DNA from: the human T2T-CHM13v2.0 reference genome, Homo sapiens
Length of the DNA: 64,000 bases
Reading direction: 5' to 3' (one strand)
NCBI RefSeq assembly: GCF_009914755.1
Contig: NC_060932.1
A program made the position numbers and the translations under genes. Each line of letters begins with the position of its first letter. The first letter of the stretch is position 1. Below the pieces are notes generated by a model. That model searched no databases and was not told the DNA's origin. It saw only the letters and a program-made list of their open reading frames with translations. Of the stretch, positions 1-15,269 are shown piece by piece.

Positions 1-637
1 GGCATGCAAATTACTAAATATATTAATCATATGCTTTTTAAAAAGATTAGGTATAAGGATGTCATTGCCTTAAAGTAGGAACGATTTTTTAAAATTTTTT
101 AATTGAGAAATAATAATTATATATATTTATGGAATACAGCGTGTTTTGATATATGTATACCTTGCAGAATAATTAAATCAAGTTAATTGACATATCTGTC
201 ACCTCATTTCCTTTTTTGTGGTGAAAACTTTTGAAATCTCCTCTAAGTAATTTTGAAGTATACAAATACATTATTAATAATGTGATTTTCGTGCTGTGCA
301 ATAGATCACTAAAACTTACTCCTCCCGTCTAACTGAAACATTGTAGTTTGGCCAACATCTCCACATTTTCCCAACCCCTTCCCCCTTCCCCCAACCTCTG
401 GTAACCACCATGCTATTCTCAAAGTCTATGAATTAGCCTGTTTTAGATTCCACGTGTAAGTGAGATCATACAGTATTGGTCTTTATGTGCCTGGCTTATT
501 TCACCTAGCATAGTGCCCTCCAGGTTCATCCATGTTGTTGCAAATGACAGAATTTCTTTTTAAAGGCTAGCTAGTATTCCATTGTATATGTATATACCAC
601 ATTTTTTAAATCTGTTCATCGATGAGAGACTCTTAGA

Positions 638-945
638 GGCGGGGTGCAGTGGCACGACCTGTAATCCCAGCTCTTTGGGAGGCTGAGGTGGGTGGATTGC
701 TTGAGCTCCGGAGTTCAAGACCAGCCTAGGCAACACGGCAAAACCCTGTCCCTACAAAAGGAAAAGAAATAGCCAGGTGTGGTGGTGTGTGCCTGTATTC
801 CCAGCTACCCAGGAGGCTGAGGTGGGAGGATCGTTTGAGCCCTGAAGGTCAAGGCTGTGGTGAGCCAAGATTATGCCAGTGCACTCCAGCCTGGGCAGCA
901 GAGTGAGACCCTGTCTCAAAAATAAAATAAAATAAAATAAAATAA
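638..945 (+). mobile_element. AluJ
   Basis: Alu dimer with J-type gagccctgaaggtcaaggctg and (TAAAA)n tail. Confidence 0.9.
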
Positions 946-1272
<327 letters not shown>

Positions 1273-1662
1273 CTATTGCGAATAATGCTGCAGTGAACGT
1301 GGGAGTGCAGAAATCTCTTTGACATACCAATTTCAATTCATTTGTATGTATACCCAGAAGTGGGATCATATGGTAGCTCTATTTGTAGTTTTTTGAGGAA
1401 CTTCCATACTGTTTTTCATAATAGCTGTAGTAATTTACATTCCCACGAACAATGTACCAGGGTTGCCTTTTCTCCACATCCAAACCAATACTTGTCTTTT
1501 GTCTTTTTGCTAATAGCCATTCTAACAGATGTGAAGTGATTATCTCTTCGTGATTTTAATTTGCATTTCCCAGGTGTCTGGAGAAGTTGAGCATTTTTTC
1601 CATATATTTCTTGGCCACTTATGTGTCTTTCTTTTGAGAAATGTGTGTTCAGGTCCTTTGCC

Positions 1663-1988
1663 TTTTTTTTTTTTTTTTTTTTTTTGAGTCAGGGTCTTGC
1701 GCTGTCACGCAGGCTGGAGTATAGTGGCGCAATCATAGCTCCACTATGCAGCCTTGATGCAGAAATCATGCAGCCTTGATCTTCCTGGTTCAAGAGATTC
1801 TCCCACTGTAGCCTCCCTGGTAGCTGGGACTACAGGCACACAAAACCATGCCTGGCTAATTTTTTTAAATTTTTAGTAGAGAGGAGGTCTGGCTGTTTTC
1901 AGGCTGGTCTTAAACTGCTGGGCTCAAGCAGTCCTCTTGCCTCAGCCTCCCAAAGTGCTGGGATTACAGGCATAAGCCACCATGCCCA
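1663..1988 (-). mobile_element. AluJ with small internal duplication
   Basis: PolyT + gagtcagggtcttgc; atgcagccttgat repeated internally; TSD gtcctttgcc on both sides. Confidence 0.9.
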
Positions 1989-2559
1989 GTCCTTTGCCCA
2001 TTTTAAAATCAGGTTATTTGTTTTCTTGCTATTTAGTTGTTTGAGTTCCTTATGTATTTTGGATGTTAGCTCATTATCACATGTATGCTTCGCAAATTTC
2101 CTCCCAACCCGTGAATTGTCTTTTCATTCTGTTGTTTCCTTTACTATGCAGAAGCGTTTTAGTTTGATGCAATCCATTTGTCTATTTTTTTTATTGCCTG
2201 TGCTGTTGGGGTCATATTTAGGAAATTATTGCTCAGCCCAATGTCGTGGAGCTATTCCTAGTTTTCTTCAAGTAGTTTTACAGTTTCAGGTCTTAAATAC
2301 TTAAGTCTTTAATCCATTTTGAGTTCATTTTTGCATATATTGTGAGTTAACAGTCTAATTTCATTCTTCTGCATGTGTATCTACAGTTTTCCCAACATTA
2401 TTTATTGAAGAGATGTTCTTTCCCCATTGTGTGCTCTTGGCACATTTGTCAAAAATCAGTTGAACATAAATTCATAGATTTATTTCTGGGCTTTCTATTC
2501 TGTTCCAGTGGTTGGTGAGTGGTAACAATTTTAACTAATATCGACTGTTGACCTTTGAG

Positions 2560-2740
2560 TACTTCCTATGTACCCAGCTCTATTTAAGGTGCAATAAGGT
2601 AGGTAGATAGTGTTATCCCCATTTTACAGAGGAGGATATTGAGGCTCATAAGAGGTTGAGCAATTTGCCAAACTTTATATTTACAATTCAAACTCAGGAA
2701 ATCAAGCTGCAGAGTCCATGCCCTTTACTATTACGTAAAC
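2560..2740 (-). mobile_element. MIR
   Basis: MIR core tatccccattttacagaggaggatattgaggctc. Confidence 0.75.
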
Positions 2741-5700
2741 TGCCTCTTGTTGATTGACTTTATTGAGGAAAAAGAAAAAATCTTAGAAGTTGGAGGAAAT
2801 GGGAAGTCAGTACAGCAATGATAATGTGATCTGTTTTGTAGGACATTAGATTTTTTCAAATTAGTGATTATTTTGGAGTACTTTTGCTAAAGTCTGTGTT
2901 TCTAAAACAAAGTGCCTTCATCCAGTGGGCTAAATCTGAGAATAATTTATCACATATTTGGCATATCTTTCTTAGGCTATATGTGCTAATCCCTAACATG
3001 AGCTGAGTTTGAGAACTTAATGTTTTTACATATTACCTCAGAGACTGAAATCAGTTCTTAAACCAGTATTGGGTTTTGCCATTCAGAGAGGCACTGTGGG
3101 GCCATGCCAAGAAACAAATTAGCTAAAAGTAAGGCTTTCCTTCAGTCGACAGCAGTGGGTCTCCTTTCATCTTGTGGCTCTTTTAAGCTCTCTAACAACC
3201 TCTTTCTGTCCTTTCGACTCCATTCACCTCAAACCCAACAGTTCTTTTTTGTAGTCAACACTGCTAAATAGTTATTCAGAGCCCTGCAGCTCTCATTTCA
3301 TTCTTGGCTTTGTCTAAGTTCCTGAGAGAGCTGCAAAAAGAGGTTGAAGAAGTGAAAATCATCAGCTCACCCTGTTTGCATATCCTGCAGTTTGCCAGCA
3401 CCCCCTGAGAAAGTTCAAAGTCTAAGGGTACAGTGAGCAGAGAAGCCTCTCCAGGGAGATTCCCAATAGCTTGTTTGTTTCACATTGTGCTCTGGGGTAT
3501 ATTTGTTTTTATTCAGGAAGGTATTGCCTTTTTATTTCTTGATATATTTTATAAGAAAATGTTTTCTCTTAACATGAGAGCAAATTATACTTATTTGCTG
3601 AACAAAGCAAAGCTATCTGCAAGGACATTTTAGTTTTCACTTCAAGCATCATTGCTTTTGGCAATTGTAGACAAATTATCGTACTGTTTGATGAGGTGTA
3701 AAATAACACGCTTTAACTGGAGAATGAACACATTTCCAGATACAATATTATCGTTCTCTTCTTTTTCAAGTAATAATTTCCAAAAGATGAATTTTAATGG
3801 ACTTTTTGCCATTTAACCAAAGTGAATCCTTGAGTCTCTGAAGTTGCCCCCACTTAGCACCTGCGTATATAACACTTAACAATTATTTACACTTTTGATT
3901 AAATTCAACCTTTATGTCTGTTTGCAAAAAAGAATACATACAATTTTCTTCACAAAAACCCCAGTGTCAGACATTTTGTTTTGATCTTTTTCTTGGCATA
4001 TTAAACTGACATTGGGCACCAAGATGATGAATTATGGAAATACTGCATTCCTCCCAGAGGGCCTCATGACTTTAACTAAATATTCTCATGGCCCAGTCAT
4101 TGTGTAGATTTGCTTTTAAACATGTCCAGTCTTGGCATTTTAAAATAACATTTTAGAAATTCACCAGGAAAGGAAGGTGACCGTACAGTTATCAGATGAT
4201 AAATTCTAATCATGGGACATTCGCGTGGGTCGTTTGTAATTGAAGACAGTGCATCCTTTGTAACTGAAGCTAGTGCAAATGAGGACAGGAGTGGAGGGAC
4301 AGAAAGCGGAGAGGTGTACAGCTGCTCTTCTTGCACTGTACCCCTCATATCTGCAGCCGGGATCAGTCAAGATCTCATTCGTGATGCTTGGGTGCCTTGG
4401 GGGCTTGGGAAGCCAGCTCAGGCCTTGTGATCCACTCGGATTAGTGTTGTCTGGGGTTCTCACTTTCTGACTCCTGGAGGACGAAACGCCACTTGTCTGA
4501 GAGGGAGTGGGAGTGATTCTTGAGAATGAAAACATGATTTGGGTAGTGAAGAGGTGGAGAGGAGAGGCAGAGGGGATGTGGAAAAGAGGTAGAAGCAGGG
4601 AAGTAAGCATGAATAAAGAGTAAATTGGGCAGGGAGAACAAGGAGGAAGACACTTTCTTCCCCTTACTCCTCCCTGTTTGACAGTCTGGCTATTTCTGCT
4701 TTCTCCCTTAGTTTCCTCTTTTCTCTCCCCGTTTCATGGCACTGCTCTCCAAAACTTGTTCTGGCAACCCTCTGCCTCATCTTTTTGTGTCCTTCCCCAA
4801 CCCCTATCTCCACCCACCAGCCCAGTTCACTTCCTTTAGTTGCCCCAGCCCCCTTTGCCTAGGGACTCACCAGTGAGTGCCACATTCACAGCCATGTCTG
4901 GTGCAGTCTGAAACACCTGAGGCCACTCAGGGTCTGTATTAGAATTAACCTTTACTAACAGGTTTAACCAGACTTTTCAGGTTCCTTTTAAGTCAGAATG
5001 AACCCCTGCCTTGACCTTGCCCATCCTCAAATTGGGGGGCAGCCTCCAGATCCACAAGACATGAGAAGCAGGAGCAGGCCTGCCACGTCCCTGACATGGC
5101 AGTAGAGATTTTATGAATGGTAGCTCGGTGTCTCCATCAGTGGTAGCTGATGGTAGCTTAGTGTCTCCATCAGTCCTTCAGATAGCAGTGAGAAGATGTG
5201 GGCAACAGCAGTGTCCCTGACTTGTCAGTAGCGTGACTGCAGCTCAGAGAGCAAGTCATGCCAACCAGGGCCTTCCCCTCCAGAGCCACTGCTTTGCTGC
5301 CTTACCGAATAACGAATCAAATGTTTCTTTCCTTTACTTTCTGTTTAGAATTAAGGACAACTTTTATTAGCATCTTTGTCTAAGCTATAGCATTAACTCC
5401 CAGTTTTTAATTACATCATCTTAATTGCAAATGTATTGCAATTCATATTAAAAATCAGGAAGCCTTGTACTTTGCTAATAAACTCTGGTGTTTGCAAATC
5501 TGATTAAGCTCTAATTAGAATTCCTTTATATTCAATCTGTTTCGAATTACTTTTCTGACTATAAAAATGTGTATATTGTAAAAGATTCAGGTAATATAGA
5601 GGGCAAAATAAAAATCACCTGTAATCCCGTTACCCAGAGATAACCACATAATAACATTTTGTGGTTTCTTTTAGTCTTTTTTTTCTGTAAACTATATATT

Positions 5701-6127
5701 CGCAAAACTGAGATCAGTTTAGTGTCATTTTTTTAGTCAGTATAGTGTGAGCTCATTAAATATTTGAAAAACATGATTTTAAATTGATTTCTAATATTTC
5801 ATGTTATGCATGTGCCATTGATTTATTCCTCTTTGAATCATTACCCTCTATTACTGTTACATGCACTGGTTGTCTTTCAGTGGATAGCAGTTGATATTGT
5901 CAATTTTTAAAGTCAGTTTGATAGTTAAAAAATAGTATCTTATACTATGTATTGAGTCTTAACTATCAAAATTGCCTAATTTTTAGATCATTTCTTGTTA
6001 CTTTTATTTATGAATTATAAAGATTAAATAAAATTATGGTATATTTTTCAGGTAAAAATTATTTCAAAAGTTGAAATAAGTGGTGTTTGTTTTGGTAAAA
6101 TTTTACTTCTTTCTAAAGTGTTTTGAT

Positions 6128-7480
6128 GCATTTATTCATTCAGTCAGCAGATATTTATTCAATTCCTTCCAGTACAAGGTGTTAATTGGTTAGAATAAAA
6201 GAAGAAAAGTATGCTTTCTGCCTTCTAGAAGCTTACAATTCAGTGATGGTAACATATGTAAATATGTGATAATGTAACACAAAGAAATAAATATTAAAAT
6301 AAAGCTGCAAGCTGGGTGCTGAGAAAACACAAAAGGAAAGTGATGAATTTTGACCAGCAGAATCAAGGGAAGACTTCCTGGAAGAGCTGACATTTGAGCT
6401 GAGCCTTGAAGCATGGATTTAATTTCACTGGGGAAGGCAGTACAGGGCATTTGAGGCTGAGAGTATAGTACATTCAGAGCCAAAGAGGGCTGAGAGCATA
6501 TGTCATATTTGAGAAAAGTGAATGTCCCAGAGAGTCTGGTGTGTTACATGCCATATGGTGGTCAAGTGTAAAGGGGGTAAGGCAGAGAGTGGTTGTAGCC
6601 AGTGAACCTACAGCAAGATAATCAATTCATACGTGCCTGGCTCTGTGCTAAGCTCCTTCTCATAAGTAGCTTAGCTCATTGAATTCACGTTACAATCCTG
6701 TGAACTATGTATGTGGCCACTCACAGACGGAAGTAGAAACTCAGAAAGCCTGAGTGATTCCCTCTAAGTTACAAAGCTTATAAGAGACAGAACCAGTCCT
6801 GAAGTCCATTCCTTTTTTCACTATACCAGATTGAGGTAAGATGATAGCCTTGAAAACTGTTAGGGTGTTGGGACTATTTTGTATGTGTTGCTGTTTGTTT
6901 GTGTGTTTATTTTTATTCAGTGCTAGCATATGATTAATGAAGATACTTCTAGTGGTAGAATGAAGGATGATGAGTCAGAAAAAAATGTTGCAGGAAGCAA
7001 GACAAGATAGAAGACCACAACAGAAGTCCAAGCAAGACATGGAGAACCTGAACTACTGCAGTGATAATGGAAATGGGAAAGAAAAGAGAGATGCAAGAGA
7101 CTGGGAGAAATAATCTAAGCACTTAGTAGATCGATGAACTGAAAGCAGTGAAGGCAACCTATGTTACATTAGATTCGTAGTCTCAACTTTTTTTTAAATC
7201 ACACATCCTTAATAGTAAAATATTTTTGAGCATGTATCCCATACAAAATTTTTAATATTTTAACCTCCTTTCCAGTGGATTTTCTTGTGACCCATTTTAG
7301 AGAGCACTGGAATTATTTAAGAATAATGAGGGAAGGGATTGCCAGGAAGAAAGGATGGAAGAGAATCTGAGTTTGGTTTGGGTCATACTGAGTTTAAGAT
7401 AGCTAAAGAAGTACCGACATTTGAAGATGCTTCATACAAAGTTGGAAGTGGTATTAAAGATTTTAGGAAATAAAATGACA
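6128..7480 (-). mobile_element. L2 fragments (with a MIR-like piece ~6620-6830)
   Basis: L2 3' end in reverse (ttcattcagtcagcagatatttatt) and aagacttcctggaagagctgacatttgagctgagccttgaag. Confidence 0.65.
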
Positions 7481-7708
7481 CCAAGCTTATGTTCTAGATG
7501 AAATTCAGTCTTATTCTCAAAATAGAGTCTGGTTTCCCCAGTTCTACTTTGTGTATAAGGATAATTATGGATTAAAAAGCCAGGAGTCTGTTTTATATTA
7601 TTTTTAGCTACATATCTTTAGTTGATTGTTTTAGTGTTTTATTATTTGATAGATGATAAATGATGACTTATCATTTGATAAATTTTTAAAATGTTTAATT
7701 TTATTTTA

Positions 7709-7801
7709 CCTTTATTTTATAGAATTTTTGAGGGAAGAAATACTTAGGATTGTTAACTGTAGAATAAACCATATAGTCTCAGACAGAAGCATTAATTATA
7801 T
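7709..7801 (+). repeat. Local duplicated segment, copy 1 (93 bp)
   Basis: Aligns without gaps to 8939-9031; 8 mismatches by hand count. Confidence 0.9.
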
Positions 7802-8700
7802 ATTTTAAAAATTTAATTTTCAAGATCTGTAAATATTTAGTTGAGAATCAAATGATAAAACACTAAAACGATTTTAGTTTTAATTTTGAAAATGTTAAAG
7901 AAAACTCTTAAAATAGATCTTTTGTGTAGCATATAACACAAATATCTTTTTGAAAACCTTGCAGATTGTATGTAGTTCATTGACTTATTCAGATTTCTTT
8001 GGAACATTCAGAGTTATCAAGCCTAAACGTGTCTTCCAGACAAAGAGATTCATCCAGATATCAGATATCTTTACAAAAGGCTCATGCTTTTCAGTAACTT
8101 TTTCAAAATGTCATTCTTATTTCCTCCTGGCCAACCCTCTCTTACTGAACTAATACCCTATAAAGCCTTACCCAGAACCCTTTCAATTTAACAAGGCCCT
8201 ACAATTGTATGATTAAAGACACAAGGGCTGATTGGTGTTTTGGGTTTGGTTCAATTTCATTTGATTTCAATTAAGAATATGATTTTTTAAAAACCTTCAG
8301 CCACCAAAATCATTATTGATGTTCAAAGCGTGAACATCCCTTGGGGAAGTGGGAATGAGAAACAGCTGTAGTTCCTCTGTATCTCATGAAATCCAATTAA
8401 CTTTCTTCCTTTTGTCTCTTTTCTGTTCAGTTTCAACACTGTTCAGTATCTTCAGTGAATTTTTACTCAACACCAGATGAATAGTAGTACTATTGTAAGC
8501 TAATCGTATGCCAATGAGGAAAAACACCTTTTCTTTTTTATTACTTAATGGATAAAAGGTACAAAGAAATTACCAGTCTAGGTCAAGTTCACAAACTGGG
8601 CAAAATAGATTTGCAAAACAAATACCTAAAAATGGAAAACATTCCTAATGGAGGAAATGGCAAAGAAAAATCATCTTCAAGATTTTGCCCCTGTCTTTCT

Positions 8701-8719
8701 TAGACAGCAGGGGGCAGCA
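8701..8719 (+). promoter_or_regulatory. Candidate CTCF site
   Basis: tagacagcagggggcagca matches the CTCF core CCA[CG]CAGGGGGC[AG][CG] except at its first base; non-repeat context. Confidence 0.55.
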
Positions 8720-8938
8720 GCATGAGATACTAGTACAGGTGGACAGGTCAGGGTTTGCTTACTCTTCACTGAACTCTACGTAGTAGGTACAACTGCCTTG
8801 GATCAAAAACAATTTTTAGAGACCCTGATAGAGGATTAATGCATTAAACAAAATCACAATATAGATTGGTGGTTGATTAAAAATTCTAGTATCTGATTTT
8901 CTATCTAATATATATTATTCTGGTTTCTTACTGGCAAG

Positions 8939-9031
8939 CCTTTATTTTACAGAATTTTTGAGAGAAGAAATACTTAGGACTGTTAACTGTAGAATAAACC
9001 TTACAGTCCTAGAAAGAAGCATTAATTATAT
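8939..9031 (+). repeat. Local duplicated segment, copy 2 (93 bp)
   Basis: Copy of 7709-7801 at offset 1230. Confidence 0.9.
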
Positions 9032-9936
9032 GATATATTAGTAAAAGATGCTTATAGTTGTTTTACAGGTAGCAGTAGGGTGACCTAATACACAGAAAGT
9101 GCTGTGCCACATAATGAGGATTCAGTAGATGTGATTAAATGGTTGCTGACATCCCTTCAAGACAATGACTTGTCTTCATAGCTCATCAGTGAGTTCACAG
9201 TCTATTGTTCCTTTTTATTTGGCCAGTGTAAAATAGCAGTTATTGCAAGAACAAAGGGATTAAAGCATCTGAAGACCTTTGTTTGAGTTCTGCCACTTTA
9301 GTAGTGATACATCTCAGAGATCAACCTCTTTAATGCCTGTCTTTGTTCCCTGGAACAGAGTTTGTGTTTCCTTTTGTGTTACAACAGAACTCTGGTCATT
9401 CCTACCATAGCACTTTTGCACACTATAGATTGCAACCCACAGTATTTTACTTAAAAGATTCTGAAAAAGTGGATTAGAAAACACCAGTGTGTATCATGCA
9501 TAGGAAGAATACTGTTTCATGAAATTTTTTTTCACTTAAACATACAGTTGTATATACTGGGTTATGATAAAAATATATATATATTTCTTGCTGCAGGTCA
9601 TAGTAAAAGGAATTTGGGAAAACACTTAACTGTAGCATGGATGACATCATCAGGTAGTTATCAGTTTATAAATCTGTTCTCTCTACCATGCACCTCTTGA
9701 AAGAAGGAACACATTTTCTTTATCTCTTTCTTTTTAACACTTAAGACAGGTCTGCCTGGTACATGGTAGTATTCAGTATATGCTGGCATACTGAATAAAT
9801 AAATTAATTAATGAAATGAAAGTCACCTGACTCCTCTGAACCTCGTGTTTCTTTTTCATAAATTAGAATATCACCCACTGTATCTCACAGTATCATCTTG
9901 AACATCAGTTGAGATGATGAACATGAAAGTGCTGAT

Positions 9937-10329
<393 letters not shown>

Positions 10330-11750
10330 TTAGAATCTTAACTCAGTATTTTAAAGGTGACACATTTATTACCATACTATTAATAGTACTGTAATGTTTC
10401 TTTTTAGGTGTAGAGTTAGGAGACAATCTTGAAAAATTAGGTAAGAAGGAAATTATGATGGAAAATTTCAAACATATATAAAGTAGGCCCAGTAGAATGT
10501 TCTGCGTACTCATCCCCACCTTCAACATTGGGCAACTCATAGCCAATTTTGTTTCATTTCTACACTCTCACCTCCCCTTTCTTATGTTATCGTAAAGCCA
10601 ACATGTATTTATTTTCTTCTTCTTGTTTTTTTAACCTTTTTGGATATGTAGAAATACTTTTAATATTCTTTTAAAAATCTAATTATAAGTACTAAAAAAG
10701 ATAGGTTGGTAGTTGAGACTAAAGGACTGTTATGTGAATGAGTTATTCTCTGACAGGAACTAGCAGGTAAACAGGATATTTTATTTCTCAAGATTTTCAT
10801 ATGATGGTGACCAACTGCATTGCAAAAGAATGGTCACATTCCAGGGTTGTAACTAGTTCTGGAGGCTTAGTTACGCAATTGCCGGCTCTGTCATCTTCTA
10901 CAGGGATGTGACCTTACGGAAAAGTAAGGAATCTGAAGCGTGGCAGATCACTTTGAAGCTTGCCCAGTTTTTGCATGTTATCATGTAATAGTGCTAAAAC
11001 TTTTTGTCCTCCAGCTAGGCAACATAGGTATGTAATTTAGACTTTGGGAATACTGTAGAGCTGTGATAAACCCTGCTTTAAGCTACATTCTGGGATCGTA
11101 ACATGTAATTTAGAAGTCAAAATCCACTTAGAAGAAAAGAATTTTTAAAGCACGGTAAATCAGAACCATTTTTGTGATTAATTTTTATTGATCTTTTTAA
11201 ATTTTTCATAATTTTATGTTCTGGTTCTCATAAGAACAAATACAAATAATTTTAAACCTTAAAGATGTTTAAATCTGTTAAATATTTTATTTATGTAGGA
11301 TTTTTATTCCTTAAAGTCACATGTGGAGTTTTTTATTTTTAACAAGGTATTAGTACTATTAGGTAATACTAATATGCAATAAATTGAATATATAGTAATT
11401 TTGTATGTCTCAATTATTTTAAGGTTTTTATGCATGCTTGAATTTTTTTCCGAAATGAAATGAATGTAAATGCACTTTTGTTTTAAAATATTCCAAGACA
11501 TCTTTGTATTAATACAAGGAAGTTTATGAGTTGGGGCAGGGAAAACAGAGATGGAGGAGATGAAACTCGTGATAAGATTGTCATAACTCCCAAATATATT
11601 GTAATCACAGATCTAGGTTGGTTTCTGTCAGAGACATCACCATTCCACCAGTCTCCCTTCCTGGAAACCTAGAAATCTTCACTTTTTCCGCTGTCACTTT
11701 CTACATCTAATGAATAGATCCCTATTGATTATTTATTTAGAAAAATCTCT

Positions 11751-12096
<346 letters not shown>

Positions 12097-12292
12097 CTAT
12101 AAGTTCTGATTTTTGTCAACATTCATCTAGACTAATAGCAGTTGAGAAGAAATGAACAAATACATTTTGGCCATACCATTTTATGTATATTTAATCCTTA
12201 CAGTAATCTTGTGAGTTAAGACAGTTATCTGTATTTTTCAGATTGTGAAAACTAGGCAGGCTTTTTCAAATATATTACCCTGCAAAGGTATC

Positions 12293-12335
12293 TTCTTGCT
12301 CTGAGTCTTTCTTGCTCTGAATCTTTCTTGCTCTG
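12293..12335. repeat. Short tandem repeat, about 3 x 16 bp
   Basis: ttcttgctctg occurs three times at 16-bp period. Confidence 0.85.
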
Positions 12336-12826
12336 TAATACATTTCATACAAGAATGCCAGGATAATCTCCCTAAAGTGTAACTTTATTATAATAACTTA
12401 ATAAAACCTGTAATTACTGGCAAATTACCAGGGATTTTCACATGTTTTGTCTCATTCTATACAAACTACCCCATGAGGTTTATATTATCTCATATACACC
12501 TTGTAAAATGACCTGTAATGACTTTTCTTTCCCATCAAACCAGTTATAAACTCTTAATGTTGATGATGTTCCACATTTTCTGCTGTGGCTTTGTTATGCC
12601 CTTTCAATCATCTCTCTCAATGTAAACTTGGAGCTAGCTTTAGCCAGCTTCCTTATGGCCCTCTTCAGGTACCATTTTTATTTCTTCCCAAAGGTCTACT
12701 CAAAACACAACTCTTGTCCGCCTAATCCCCACCCCATCCCCCGCCACCTCTGTCCTCTAATTTAAACACTGCCAGTCCTACAGAGCCCATTTCAAGTCCT
12801 GGCTTTTACCAAAAAACTTTTCCCTG

Positions 12827-13115
<289 letters not shown>

Positions 13116-15269
13116 GGAAACCTAAAAGCTTTTCCCAAGAGTTTATATATTCCTGCATTTTTTTCTTCTTGATTTCCATTATCATATCTATTTGCCCTTG
13201 AGCATATATTTCTTAATATGTTTTCTTCCTAACTACAAAAGTTATATATGCTTGTGGCAAAAATATTATATAGGATATTTGAAAGTGAAAAGATAACTCC
13301 TCTGACCCCAATCCCAGTTTGTAGCATATGTGTCATTTTTCTGTGCATAAGCAAGAATATGCATAGCCATGCATACACCCACACCTGTGTACACGAGAGG
13401 TTATATATAGATGTATATATAGATACATGGAGTTATATTTTATACACATATACAATTCTATGTCATTTGTTTTTACTTCAAAGTATATTGGAAATCTTTC
13501 CATGTCAGTGAATACAAAGAATTGTGTTTAAATATACCTTTTTATTTCCTCAAATTGTTTCATGTCAAATTGTTTTATTCATACACATCTTATCTTCCTT
13601 TGGAAAAGAAAATGGAAAGTCCTCAAGAGCAGGAATGGTTACATACTCATTCTCTTTTCCATTCCATTATTCTCTACTCTTGGTGCATTTATTGCATATT
13701 TCACTATTTTTGCTGTGGGAAATAAAAGATGCTTGCCTTCTAATCCCTAAGGAGTTATGACCTAGTAGGTAAGAGTCCACATTTTACATATAATGTTAAC
13801 GCAGGAAGAAATTGAGAGGCAACACAGATTTCTATTCCTGGAAATATGGCAGTTAGGTTATTTGAACAATCTTCTTGCTGAAAAATAATTGAAACTGTTG
13901 AGTATGTATAAGAAAACATCCTCAGAGCAGCAAAGGGCTGAAAAGAGAAGGAATTAAAGGCTAAAGTCTGAAGGCAAGTGAAAATTCAGAAAGAAGTGGA
14001 GAACTGAAACTTTTTGCGCTTAACGTAGAATTCAGCACAATGATTTGGAGGTGGTGAGGTCAGGGAGTTTCTAGGGTGCTCAGAAGTTTCTAGTTATAGA
14101 CCTGGTGGTAGCTGTACGGGATAATTATTTTCTAAATTTAAAGTATGTATTTTGTGCACTTTTCTATGTACATGTTATAATTTACAACAAAGGATTAAAT
14201 GTAAAAGGACGAGTTGCAAAACTATATATATATATATCATATGATCCCATACATGTGTATTTCATGTAAATGAGTATGTGTGTGTGTGTTATGTAAATAG
14301 GGGTCTTAATATATACATTTTACATAATAAGTATATAAATTTATATGTATATATAAATGTGTTTATGTTGGGAATGGAAATGTTTGCATATGTGTGTTTC
14401 ATATACTTAGAAAAAGACCTGGAGGTACTCACTAAACTACTGACTGAGGCCATCTCTGAGAGACAGGAAGGGCATGGGGAAGGAACGAGAAAGGAACTTA
14501 GACTTTTTGCTTTATACCACTCAAATTAAATTTTTAAACAATTGTCATCATTTAATGTGTTTTAAAATCAGATTTCTAAAAAGATTTGACTAACATCTCT
14601 GCCCACTGATAGAAAAGTACTCCCTCTACCATGCTCTATACCACTTGGTACACTATCTTTCTTTTCTTTCTTTCTTTTTTTTTTTTCTGATCTTGCTCCT
14701 TTGCTAGACTCTTAAAAGGAACAAGACCTGTCACGTTTATTTTTCTTGTACCTACTAAATACTGGTACATAGTAGAGGGTCTATAAATACTAGTGAAAAC
14801 TGAATGAGTAAATGTACCTTAAGTAGAACAAAGGGCTGTAGGCACTCAGTAGTTATACATTTCCTCTGAGGCTCTTGTTACATTTTTTAATATTCTTCTG
14901 TACCTGGCACAGCAGTGAACATAAAGTTGGCACAGTAAATACAGGTTGATTTGAATTTAAACAACACTTTGTGGAACTGTAGGCAAATGTGGAGTCCACC
15001 ATGTGGTGCCCCTCTTGATCCCAGGCAGCAGGGACATGAAATTACCCCCTGAAAAGTAAACTGAGAAGTGAACACCTAATAGATTAAGGTCAAGAGAGGC
15101 AACATAATCTTAAGAGACATAAAGACTCTTTGGGGAGTAAGGTTTTTACTATAACCTAATCGAGGGCATTGACATCTTAAACACACTCACACAGTCTCCA
15201 TCAGAATAGCAGTTTTTCTGTCTCTAAAACAGAGAAAAAGTAAAGCTATTAATGTCACTGTTACGGTTC

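Noticed and set aside
4206-4610. 134-aa minus-strand ORF and overlapping ORFs
   Set aside because: Driven by purine/pyrimidine compositional bias; no recognisable domain or gene structure.
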